64,000 nt of DNA. Origin: Podarcis erhardii. Its lineage: Eukaryota. The notes under the pieces are model-generated. The model did not search any database. It saw only the letters and a list, made by a program, of their open reading frames with translations, and had not been told where the DNA came from. Shown piece by piece: positions 13,866 to 25,718 of this stretch. The stretch lies in the NCBI GenBank assembly GCA_964252035.1, contig OZ176211.1, one strand, 5' to 3'. Numbering within the stretch: position 1 is the stretch's first letter; the number at the start of each line of letters is the position of its first letter. A program made the position numbers and the translations under genes.

Positions 13866-14533
13866 TAGATCAATTGGTCCAGATGGCGTTCACTTGCGAG
13901 TTCTCAAAGAACTCAAATGTGAAATTGTTGATATTCTAACAAAAGTATATAACTTGTCCCTGAGAACTAGAAAGCAGCCAGTGTACACCAATTTCTAAAA
14001 AGGGAACTGGGAGAATCCTGGAAATTACAGGCCAAATAGCTTAACGTTTATCCCAAGAAAAATGGTGGAAAGAATTGTCAAAGACAAAATAATGAAACAT
14101 ATAGAAAAACAAGCCTTGCTGAAGCAGAGCCAACATGGCTTCTGCAACAGCAAGTCCTGTCTTACTAACCTATTATGGGTCTTTGTGAGAGATAGGAAGC
14201 GTACAGATAATGTGTACATGGACTCTCAAAAAACTCTGGCTCCTGACCAAACTTAACAGTCATGGAATAAAAGGAGAGGTCTTCTTGTGCATCAGGAATA
14301 AATGGCAGTTGTAGAAAGTGGAGGCCCCCTGGGATCAGTATTGGGACCTGTGCCTCTTTATTCGTTCATAAACAATTTAGAATTAGGAGTGAGCAGTGAT
14401 GTGGCCATGTTTGCTGATAATACAAAATTGTTCAGGGATATTAAAACAAACTGAGTGAATGGGCAGAAAAATGGCAATAGTAATTCAATGTAAACAAGTA
14501 TAAAGTTTTGCATGTTGGTACAAAAGAAATCTT

Positions 14534-14579
<46 letters not shown>

Positions 14580-15422
14580 TCCTGAGGTCTGAGCTGGCAG
14601 CAAGTGACCAGGAAAGAGACCTTGAGATTATAATGAATAGCTCAATTAAAATGTTGACCTGGTGGGCAACAGCTGTGAAAACTGCAAATTCCATACTAGG
14701 GATCATTAGGAAAGGAATGGAAAATAAAACTGCCAATATCATACTGCTGTTATACAAATCTATGGTATGACCACGTTTGGAATACTGTGTACAGTTCTGG
14801 TTGCTTCACTTCAAAAAGTGTATTCAAGAGTTAGAAAAGTTTCAGAAAACTGTGACCAAAAGGATCAAGAGGTTGGAAAAATTCCCCTATGAGGAAGTTG
14901 CAACATTTTGGACTTTTTAAATCATAGGAAAGGTGAAAAAGAGGTGACATGATAGAAATTTATAAAATTATGCATGGCATGGAGGAAATGGAAAAAAGGT
15001 TTTTCTCCCTCTTTCATAACACTAACACTAAACACATTATACTAAAACTTGTAGCCATCCAACACAAAAACTTGTAGCATTCCAATGAATGTTAAAATTT
15101 TGGGACAGTTAAAAGAAAGTGCAATGCGTAGTTAAACTATGGAACTTACTTCCACAGTAAGCAGATATGGCCACCAACTTGGATGGCTTTAAATGGGGAG
15201 TAGACAAATTAATGGACAATACAGCTATCAGTGGCTAGTAGGCATGATGACAATGGTCTGCCTCCACAGTCAGAGGCAGCCATGCTTCTGAATACCAGCT
15301 TCTGGAAACGACAGCAGAGGAGAATGCTCTTGAGTTCAGGTCCTGTTTGCAGGCAGCCCATAGGCATCTGGCTAGACTAGACGGGTCTCTGTCTTGATGC
15401 AACAGGGGTTTCCTTATATTCT
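13866..15422 (+). mobile_element. CR1 LINE, old degenerate 3' portion (RT region plus 3' UTR), interrupted by (AC)21
   Basis: Remnant peptides such as KQSQHGFCNSKSCLTNLL and LGIIRKGMENKTA are typical of CR1 ORF2; many stops and frameshifts; lizard CR1-like 3' UTR ending about 15422. Confidence 0.88.
14536..14577 (+). repeat. (AC)21 microsatellite
   Basis: Perfect dinucleotide run inside the old CR1. Confidence 0.97.
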
Positions 15423-15518
15423 CAAAGAGAATAGGTAGTTGTACTTTCATGCCCCTGGATCTACATGACAGCTGCTCATCAGATATCATGTTTGCATAGG
15501 AGTCTATGTGCATAAAGT

Positions 15519-15981
15519 CATAGAATCATAGAGTTGGAAGAGACCACAAGGGCCATCGAGTCCAACCCCCTGCCAAGCAGGAAACACCACCAGAGCACTC
15601 CTGACATATGGTTGTCAAGCCTCTGCTTAAAGACCTCCAAAGAAGGAGATTCCACCACACTCCTTGGCAGCAAATTCCACTGTCGAACAGCTCTTACTGT
15701 CAGGAAGTTCTTCCTAATGTTTAGGTGGAATCTTCTTTCTTGTAGTTTGGATCCATTGCTCCGTGTCCGCTTCTCTGGAGCAACAGAAAACAACCTTTCT
15801 CCCTCCTCTATATGACATCCTTTTATATATTTGAACATGGCTATCATATCACCCCTTAACCTCCTCTTCTCCAGGCTAAACATGCCCAGCTCCCTTAGCC
15901 GTTCCTCATAAGGCATTGTTTCCAGGCCTTTGACCATTTTGGTTGCCCTCCTCTGGACACGTTCCAGTTTGTCAGTGTCCT
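15519..15981 (-). mobile_element. CR1 LINE, young 5'-truncated copy
   Basis: Intact ORF2 C-terminus ([37 protein letters not shown]...) and the CR1 (ATTCTATG)n-type tail, seen as catagaatcataga on the + strand. Confidence 0.93.
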
Positions 15982-17152
15982 TCAGTGTCTAACACAAGTC
16001 GGCCCTATATACTACAAAACTGAAATTTACAAGTTGCACATTTTAGGTTGTGACTGTGTACATCAATATGCAAACAAAACATCCAATATTTGACTGCTGA
16101 GTGGGCTGGGGTCAGAAAGGGTCCAATCCCCTTACTATACACAAAACATTTAAAAATGCACATATTACATCAGAAGCCATACTGTCAGCTCCACTGCATG
16201 ATCTCAGACATGCAGGTTTATAGAGTCTTGGCTGTGCCATTAGTAAACTGTGAGATATTAACATCAGTACTCATTTTACATAGATAAACTTATTTTCTAT
16301 CAATGCAAGTACAGTAGTCAAATGCAAACAACTGAATCAGTGGAGTTATTCCTGTTTATGATGTGGAATTTGAAACCTTAACTCCACTTTGATCAGAGAT
16401 CCTTATAAAATATTAAGGCTGTCAGGGAGGAGAAAAGAACAGAATAAAATCCTAATCCCTAGTACTAGTGTTCAAGTAAAGCCAAGTAGCCAAGGCAACT
16501 CCAGTTATAGTTGTTTCTAGTATTTACTGATAGCAGAATAAACAGTCCTCCTGCTGATACTAGCGCTATAGGGAGGCAAGCAATTCTGAGCTGCCATTCC
16601 AATCCAGAAGACATGAAGATATCTATGAGCAAAACAATGAAATGCAAGCAAGATGACTAAATCCACATGGCAAAGCATGGAAAAATCCAGGAAAAGAAAG
16701 TGGGAAGTCAGGAGGGTTTACAGTAGCAGCAAGTGAAGATCAGAAGGGAAAGGAAAGGAAACTTTGGCAGAACTTAAGTGTGTCCTGGGAAGGGGAGGGA
16801 CTGAGCAAGGATAAATATCAGGCATCCTACTGGGAGTCCATTGCCTGTAAGATCTGAGAAATACCAAATTCAGGTCTAACACTTTAATGTGCTAGAGTGG
16901 GGAAAACCTGTATACACAGCAGAATCCTCACTAGTCAGCTCTTAAGTATATATAGCTTATGAATAAGTTAAATCAGATTCATTCCACGTCTCTGGATCAC
17001 ATTCTGCATTGACAACACTTGCTTATCTTGAATCCCAAAGGAATCAGAATCTAGCATTTAAATCATAGGTTGTAAAGCCCAACTTTTGGTGAACAAGCTG
17101 CAGGTGCTCAGGAATATCTGTTTCAGGATCACTTACAGCTGTTATTCTATAC

Positions 17153-17290
17153 CAGGGGTGGGGAAGCAGTGGTCTTCAGGCCAAATCAGCCCCAACATGG
17201 GACCAAATTTGGCCCACAAGGCACTTTCCGCAAACCATGCCCACCTGCCCACACCTGATGTCAGGTGTCATGCAGGTAGAGATGTAGCAG
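17153..17290 (+). mobile_element. hAT-Charlie-like MITE fragment
   Basis: Starts caggggtggggaag, followed by ggcc-rich subterminal repeats. Confidence 0.33.
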
Positions 17291-18249
17291 CAATGGAACA
17301 ATCTGGAGCCTTAATCTACACCCTCAGAGTACAGATAGAACAGAAACTGACAACAAGCACAGAAATTAATGGGAGCTGTTCAGAAATACTCAAATGTCAC
17401 TTGAAATCCTACATAGAAAAATAATTTTAGCAGAAGGACAAAATATATAAATTAGGAAGCTCAGAATTGGAAGAGAATATAGCTATATTTGCTGCATCAG
17501 AAATCTAGGAGAATATTGAAAAGTCAAAAGCATGTGATTATCCTCACATACAATTTTTAAAGCAATGGCATTAGTTAACTGAATAAATTAGAAAACTTAG
17601 AACATAAAGTTTATCCCCAAAATCCAAGTAAAAATAATAACATATGGCTATTGCTCTAATAGTGACTGACAGCTTAAATCCTATGCATATCAGTTCAGAT
17701 GCAAGTCTCACTGAATTCAGTTGGACTTACTCCCATTTAGGCTTGTAAAATAGGCTAAATTACAAAAAGGTTGTCAGGGATGCAGCTAAGATTGGAAATA
17801 TAACAGGAAACTCCATGGGGGTGGGGGAATCGTATCACAATAGGCACAAGTCTTCTAGAGACAATCAATGACTCCAGATGGGATGGTCAATCATGGAACT
17901 CACCAAAAAGAAAATTTATGTATTTAATCCCAAAAGGTGAATAGGATCTGGCAGAAGATGCAAACAATGAACACAATACAATCATGCTTAAATATAGTGA
18001 ATATGAAAAAAATGACCAGAAATTCCCTCAGTCATATTAAACTGTAAAATGGGGAATTAATATTAATATTATGATGATTATTAGGTAAAAGTAAGCTAAA
18101 ATATACATAGTTGGGAGAGCCAAATCACTTCAAGAAGCTTGGAAATTATTTTAAACTTCTTTAATAATAGCTACAACAGGTGAAAAAAGGCACCAATAAA
18201 TCTGAAAAGATGCAAGGGTAGTTAAATAGCAGTATCAAGAAAAGGGGTC

Positions 18250-18580
18250 CTTTGCACCAGTAGCCCCCCACTTGTTGAATTCAGTTTCTAGAGAGGTCTG
18301 CCTCACACCTCCCCTGGTAGGTTTTTCTCCCCACCTGAAAGGCCTTCTAATTTTCCCAGGCCTTTGAACATTGTGTTTTGAATATTATTTAATTCAGTGA
18401 ACTTTTATTCCACTGTTTTAAATTGTGAATTTATTTATTTGCTCTCTGTTTCAATTGACTGTTCTGATTTTATTGCTGTGTTTTTATTGTACTTTTATTG
18501 TAACGTGTATTTTTATGTTCAAAGCAGCGCAGATAGTTTTTGTTTTAGGGTGGCACATAAACAATGCAAATAATAAAGAA
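18250..18580 (+). mobile_element. Older L2-like LINE 3' end
   Basis: GC-moderate segment followed by a T-rich 3' UTR and ...ggtggcacataaacaatgcaaataataaa tail. Confidence 0.45.
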
Positions 18581-19198
18581 TGCTATAAAAGTCAAGAATT
18601 TTTCTTTAAAAAATTGCAGGGCTTGCCTGAATTGAAACATAGTGAGAGACAGAAGAAAAAGTGCTCTGACAAACCAAATGTACATCAAACAAGCCAGAAA
18701 AAAAGAATTGCTATTTTAAAAAATATTAGTTTAAATAAGAGCAAGAGAATCAGGAAGCCAGCAAGTTGCTATTATTATGTTAGCTAAAAAGGAACCTTAC
18801 TATCTATGGGGAACAGAGATCAGTGCATGGCTATTACCATCATGTTCTGAGTTGGGGCTTCCCAGAGATATCTGGGATGGTGGGGGGCACTGCTGCAAGA
18901 ACGATGGACTGGATGACTGTCTGATTTAGTTAGGAAGCTTTTTCTTTATAAGGCAAAGTACACATCTAGTATTAAAATGTGGGTGCTCCTCAGGCTATTC
19001 CCATAACAAAGATTAAACTCACTATGAAATAAAACTGGAAAGTCAAAATTGTCATTCACTAAATTTTTTTAAATGACCAGAAGATTACATTTTAGTCACT
19101 ATTTAGTAAAAGCAACACCTTGTTAGTGGCCAATTGTTAAGTGTACATGTTATTAGTAAAATACAATATTTGAAACACTAAATTCAACAGATTCTTAC

Positions 19199-19292
19199 CA
19201 GCTTACTGAAATGGTATTTACAGTAGCCACAATACTGTACGTTATCTGCACCATTTCCTTCTTCTTCACAAAGAAGTCCTGCAAACTGTGCA
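19199..19292 (-). CDS. MLLT10: MLLT10 exon 7 (94 nt)
   Basis: cttcttctcag|T GCA CAG...AAG CTG|gtaaga; (C)AQFAGLLCEEEGNGADNVQYCGYCKYHFSKL; phase 2 to 0. Confidence 0.97.
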
Positions 19293-20141
19293 CTGAGAAG
19301 AAGAAAAAGAGAGGAAGAAATCAGATACTGAAGATGTAAAATGTAACTTGCTCAACAAAATATTTAGGAGAGGAATCCCAAAGTTGTCAGGGGGAGTGAT
19401 ATTTGGTAGAGAGAACACCACTTCCTAAGCTCTTCCAGCTTGGGCTGGTCAAGGTGGAAGTCAGGAGCTGGGAGGCAGAAGTTCCACTCCCTTCCTTTCA
19501 GCCTTCTAATTTTTTCCCCTCCCACTGACACTAATGGGTAGCGAAGTAATGAAAGGGGAAATAGTTTTTCTCCCTTTCTGTTCGCATGTCTGGACAACAA
19601 TGGGGTCTGGGATCAAGTGGATGCAATGCCTTCCCCAATATGTCCCAGAAGGCCCTGTTTCTCTACTATCCTCAGAAGACTGCTGGTAGTAGAATGACAG
19701 CAACAGAACTTATGCCACCATACTAGGGAGGCCTGTGCCCACAGACCTCCCTCTCCACAGCATCCTACAACCTCTCAGCCTCCCTCCAGGGACACACAGA
19801 ACTGCTCCCTAAAACAGGTTCTTATTTAGACAAAAGATAATCTTTCAGCCGAGTGTGTAAACATGCACTTGAAAATCTAATCAGAAAAATGTCTTAAGGT
19901 TACTGCTGTTTGTGAGTAGGGAGGACATCAAGCCTTTTTTCTGCACTACTGCAGCACAAATTGTACAATGAATTATAGAAATAATGGTTAAGTGAAATGT
20001 ACTTACTACAGCCATGCTATAACAAGTGATTATTTTAAATGGAATCATTCCACTATGGAGCCACATCTACCAGGGCAATGAAACAATATAACTTGGAGAG
20101 AGGAAACCAGGAATGCACGCAAGTGGGAATTGCTTACTTAC

Positions 20142-20245
20142 CATGTTACATGGAAAGCTTGGCGGCATCCATGCTTGTTACAAGTCATGCAAGCGCCAGT
20201 GGCTGCTTTACTTTCTCTGCCTTGCTCATCACATATATAACATGT
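20142..20245 (-). CDS. MLLT10: MLLT10 exon 6 (104 nt)
   Basis: tattttccccaatag|ACA TGT...ACA TG|gtaagt; TCYICDEQGRESKAATGACMTCNKHGCRQAFHVT; phase 0 to 2. Confidence 0.97.
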
Positions 20246-20485
20246 CTATTGGGGAAAATAAGACAGTTGTAAGAACACTATTACCTTTAAATGGACTCAA
20301 ACTCAGCAGCAAAAGTAAGAGTAATACTCCTTTGTGCAACTACAGCAAATACAAAGCAAAGGCAAGACTGAACAGTGCTTCGGTTCTCAGACCTGCTAAC
20401 TGGAGTCACACTCCAATATTCCAGAACGACTGTATGTTATGCAGAATGCTTTGTGTGATTAGCTGTTCCCGATGCTACCAAGATG

Positions 20486-21060
20486 CAGAGCTGTAGCTAC
20501 GGGGGGGGGGGGGCTAACCAGGTTCTTTGCCCCAGGTGAAGCCTCCAGAGGGATGCCATTGAGGCTCCTAGTCTCTCTCTATGTGTGTACACAAATGCGC
20601 ATAGGAGGGCATCAAACTAATTTTCTGACCAGGGTGAAATAAAGCCTAGTTTAGTCCCTGCATTATGTATAGCATTGATAAATACAGGGCTGGCCCAAGA
20701 CATTTTGCCTACGCCCCTGATGCCTGCCCCCTGCAGATCTGGTGCCCTACCCCCTCCTACCCTCTGCTGTCACTGCTGCCCAACCCATCACCACAACTGT
20801 GGCTGCACTGCCACCACAAGACCACAGCAATGGCGAGGACACAGTGGCAAGGGGAACTGCACTGGATCCACAGCATGGAAAGTGCTGGCAGCAGTACAAC
20901 AGTGGGGGCGAGGAGGGGGAGGGACGAGAATCAGATCCACCCGAGGCAAATGGCTTCGCTTTGCCTCATGCACAGACCACCCTTGGGTGAATACAACCTA
21001 CTTCTTTATCATATGGTATGTCTTCACATTAATACACTACCCTGGAGGTTGGTTCTGGCA
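20486..21060. mobile_element. Cluster of hAT-like MITE relics
   Basis: TIR-like ends cagagctgtagcta..., ...ttagtccctg, cagggctggccc..., cctacgcccctg; GC-rich island inside AT-rich intron 5; no TSD resolved. Confidence 0.35.
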
Positions 21061-21948
21061 AATAAAGCTCCTTGGTTATGAAGACTCAGAATGAGTTTAC
21101 TGAGGCTTCATATCATGTTAATGGCAAGGAAAGGCATTATGGGAAAGTGTTCCTGCATAGTAATCAATGACTGACATTAGGCCTCAGATGCAGTAAATAA
21201 CAGTACTGTACTAAGAAACCTGGAATAACTTTGCTACATGATAAGTGCCCTATAATTTACATTTCTTCAGATCATTGTATCATTAAGATTTTCTGATTAT
21301 TTTAATTAAATTCGCTGTAGCAATGTGGAAGACCTCCAGTGGGGCCAGCAGCATACAACACACATACCCAGATGCACAAGCACAAAGGAGTTCTATTTAA
21401 AATATGCAAAGCTAACATTTTAATATTTTTCAATAAAACCTGTTGCTTTTGCAGGTCTAACAAAATACTTCTAAGACAACATTCTTGTGAAGTAAGATTA
21501 TCTCAGTTTTCCTTGGGCTGCTGGCATTAACTGTTTTGTATCAATGGCTACCCTGCAGAATTGAAACCCAGAAAAGCATATCAGCAATCACAAAGCTATA
21601 ATGGGGGCTGTTTCAAGGCTGCCAGAGGATTTCATAAAAATGCACACTTCTAGGCAGATTCAGTAATTCCTTTACCAGCATGGAGATTCACAATAAACCT
21701 AATTTTCAAACAAGATTTCTAATATTCACAGAAAATTGTTATATTCTTAAAATAATCTCAGTCTCACAGGATGCATAGCTGGGCATTCCTAGTACTTATT
21801 AAATACAGTACAATTCTAATTCAAAGAAATATTTTAACTCTTGCAATACCTCTAGCTCTTCAGCTGAAAACTCAACAAGCTTCATGTTTGGGGACAGCAA
21901 GGGTTGTCTGCTGAAAGGAGTTGGTGTCCTACTTGTGGTACTCCTGTA

Positions 21949-22199
21949 CAGTCGTACCTTGGTTCTCAAATTTAATCCGTTCTGGGAGTCCGTTCAACTC
22001 CCAAAACAGTTCAAAAAACAAGGCACCGCTTCCGATTGGCTGCAGGAGCTTCCTGTAGCCAATTGGAAGCTGCGGAAGCCACACTGGACATTCAGCTTCC
22101 CAAAAATGTATGCAAACTGGAACACTCACTTCCAGGTTTGCGATGACCGAGAGCCAATTTGTTCGACAACTAAGGCATTGGACTACCAAGGTACAACTG
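21949..22199. mobile_element. 251-bp Tc1/mariner (pogo/Tigger-like) MITE
   Basis: TIRs cagtcgtaccttgg / ccaaggtacaactg; preceded by TA, with the right target site decayed to CA. Confidence 0.8.
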
Positions 22200-22850
22200 C
22201 ATTGACCGTAAGGTGAAACTTTCAAAGGCTGCTTACAAATGTATTAATAGACTCTTTGAAAGCATTGTTCAAATACTGGTGCCCTTAGCAACATACAATC
22301 TCATTTAATCATCTCATTACAATTTCATGACATGAAATGTTTAATGTAACCAGTCACTTTCCACAAGATAATGAACTTTGATACTGGCTTATTACAGTCT
22401 ATCAAGTTCTCTCAAAAACATTTGGAACTCTTATTCTAACCCATAACCAACTATTATTTGCTCCCTCTAATGACAGACTCCTGTTCTACCTTACATCATA
22501 TAATGCTCATATACTCATCTCTATCTTATTAGTAAACACAAATCCATCTAACAACTTTCTTCATGTAAGAGTCTGTATTCTACTCGACAAGTTTACTACA
22601 GAAATCTCATGAAGATATTTGCTCTTATGTATCTGACATTCATCTTTGTTTTAGATGTGAAAGAGGGCACACAAGTCCCAACAGGTTTCTACTCTACAGA
22701 TCCAGTGTTGAACAGCCTACTGTTTTCAGCAATGATTAAGTAGTCACCAATAAATGCCCACTAGCAAAGCCTGAAGCTGCACAAAAACAAAAACAGGACT
22801 CCAAGGGTCCCTTCACACACTATCCAAGTTAGTAATATATACCTGTTAAC

Positions 22851-22933
22851 TACAGAAATGTCATATATCTATTTTGTAACCATACGTATATGACATAGGT
22901 ATGGTTACAAAATGGATGTGTGACATATCTGTA
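22851..22933. other. 83-nt near-perfect inverted repeat (hairpin)
   Basis: 35-bp stem with 31 Watson-Crick pairs, 3 G-T pairs and 1 mismatch on the + strand; 13-nt loop. Confidence 0.85.
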
Positions 22934-23463
22934 AATCTGCTATAGAGCATACACATGGACAAAAAGTGAGTCTCTCACACATTAAGGGGAACACCACAGT
23001 TGCATATAAGCACCACAGTTGCTTATATATAAGCATATCCTTTCCAGATTTACATACAATATGAATCAGTGTTATAAAATGCCCTTAAAATATACATATT
23101 AATGGATCTACTCTGAGTAGGCCTTAGTCAAACACATAGACAACTGTTTTTCAAATATCAGTTCACATTGCAAAATGGTTTTCTACAAATATGATAAAAT
23201 CATGTGTCTCTATGATCTCTTGATCAACTGCATCAACCCAATCCAGAGATGTGTAGTAGACTAAACATGCCTGACTGGATCTTATTGATCACATGTTCAG
23301 CTTTTACAACATCAAGTTCCAGTGCCAATTACCTGAGCATTACAACCACACACAGAGCAACTAATTCTTCTTCTATTGAAGAATCACTGTCACTGGATTA
23401 GGGTGAACATGTTATAAAACATGAGCTACATGTTGAGCAAATTGTGAGGAGCAAGGACTTTAA

Positions 23464-23511
23464 AACAACAACAACAAAACAACAACAACAAACAACAACA
23501 ACAACAACAAC
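23464..23511 (+). repeat. (AAC)n microsatellite, interrupted
   Basis: Seen directly. Confidence 0.93.
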
Positions 23512-24504
23512 GTGGTTTTAATGTATTTCATTACTAAAACACACTTACAGAAAAGATATGATGTGCCAACAGAATGTACCACAATATTTTTTGAATGAGA
23601 ATGAAAAAAATGTAATGAAATGTAGTCACTGACAGCATAACAAAAACCGAAAAAATAAATGGTGGTGAATTGTTGAGAAACCACAGAAACAAAACTATGT
23701 CTAGAAAAGATAGTAAAAGTCTGAAAATGCAAGTTAACTTGCACTAACTCAACTAAACTGGCTTTTCTAACAAACTCTTGATATCGAACTAATTTTGAAA
23801 CCCCTTTCAGTTTCAAAAACATTTTTCCATACAACCTGTAGTTCTGCCGTTCAAGAAATATAAAGCTGAATTGCATCCCCAATGCCCAGTTTATGAAACT
23901 AGTATCATAAACTAGTTCTTTAAACTGGCCTATGTGGGATGACATTTTCTGTAGCCTTAATTGTAGCTTTGTAATACTGTACTTGACATATGACAAAGTT
24001 AAAAAGAACTATAAGTTAAGTTAAAAAATAAAATTAAGACAAAACAGCAGATCGTGAATGGTGACAGAGGGAACAGGACTCAGATTTCTGGAAGTCCTCC
24101 CCATGCTGTGCATCTAACAATGTCCCTACTGCATCCATCTGTCCCTAACCCCATACATTGGTCCCCCAGTTGAAAATGGGATGCTGGATAAAGAGTTAAA
24201 GATAGAGTGCATACAGATGACTATGGCACATCTTCCATGAACACTGTATTAATCCCCAGCTAACGTTCAAGAAAATACATGGCAGGGATCATGCTGGCTT
24301 ATTCTGCCACCCTTTGCCCCTGCTCCAAGATCTCAATGATATTTCATGCTGGGTATCATATATATATATCCGTTTTTAAGCCGTATGTAGGTTACCAAAA
24401 CCTATATACTGCTTGACTGTAATAAAACCTCTAAGCGGTTTACACACGAGGACCAGAATCCCATAATCAGTACACTCTGGTTTTGTCTACTGGCCTCTAT
24501 GCAT

Positions 24505-25020
24505 GTACAACTCCAATAATATAGGTGTTCCCCCCGCACACACTTACATATGATTGACTGCTGTGTAACCTCATATACACGCAGTACCAGAAAATAATTA
24601 AATAATTAAATTCACCTGGAAATGGCAAGAGAGTTGGAGCGTCCTCATGGCTAGCAAGGAGAACCTCCCAAGAGCATGAAAAGGACATCAGTGAGGGCGG
24701 AGGAAACCCTGAAGAGACCCTGAAGAGGCATAGTGGGGCTTTGTTTACACTGCTCAGCCTCCCCACCTAACAGCTGCATGTGCGGGGTAGCACAGCAGCA
24801 GCTGCTGCTTTCGTGAAAGTCCTCCAGCCTCCTGCCAGCCCCAGAACTTTAATTATAGCTGTAGATATTTCTGGATACAGTAATTTTGGTATAGATTGAA
24901 GAGAGAGCTACAGAAAGGGCATTTAAAGGTTTTTTGAGAGGGTGCTCCCTTCTTTAGCCAATTTCAATTATGTGTGCGGGGGACCAGAATGTAACCTCCG
25001 CATAAGTGGGGAGTCGTCTG
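24505..25020. mobile_element. Degenerate Tc1/mariner-like MITE
   Basis: Right end ccgcataagtggggagtcgtctg|ta; inverted pair cccccgcacaca (about 24531) / tgtgtgcggggg (24971). Confidence 0.45.
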
Positions 25021-25608
25021 TAATTAATTTGTGAGTCAGCATAATCTAAATCTCACAACACACGTTCCAACTGAATTTCTACACTGGTCTATTATGTGTA
25101 AAGAACATGAGTGGGTGGGGAGCTCCTGCTGATATTTCATTCACTTTCTCAATGGCAAAACAATGTTTAACTACAGATGCTTCCCTAAAGCAAGAGAACA
25201 AGAACTGTGAACATTGTGCTATAAGAAGAAAGGGAGAGAACAACAATAACGGTTGAAAAATTCAATTCTACTCTCAATTAGCTTTTAATAAGAACCGTAT
25301 CAAGGAACTGATCAACAGTAATCTGCTGCTAAATATAGTGATTACTAATAAAACAGGAAATGTCATAAACCTATTTGATCAGTTGGTGATGAAAAACATT
25401 AGATATCTAAGTAGATATTACCTCATGCTATAAACTTCAGTAAGACGTAAATAATTTTACTCATTTTCTTTCATACAAAATGTTCTTTAAAGAAATACAA
25501 GCCCTTCAAAGCAAAATATGCTTGGTTTTTTTAATGAGATGTGAAATATATAGCATATTTTTCAAATATGAAATTATATCAAGAAAATAAGTCATAGTAG
25601 AATTATAC

Positions 25609-25718
25609 CTTATTATAGCGATCATGAGGAACAGACTGCAACACGATAGGTTCCATTGTAGAAACATTTGCAAATTGCACCTCGGGAATGTACAGAGCAC
25701 AAACCACATGAGCCCAAC
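25609..25718 (-). CDS. MLLT10: MLLT10 exon 5 (110 nt)
   Basis: ctttttatag|GT TGG GCT...AAT AAG|gtataa; (G)WAHVVCALYIPEVQFANVSTMEPIVLQSVPHDRYNK; phase 1 to 0. Confidence 0.97.

Noticed and set aside
15518-15937. 139-aa intact ORF as a host gene
   Set aside because: It is the CR1 ORF2 C-terminus with a CR1 tail.
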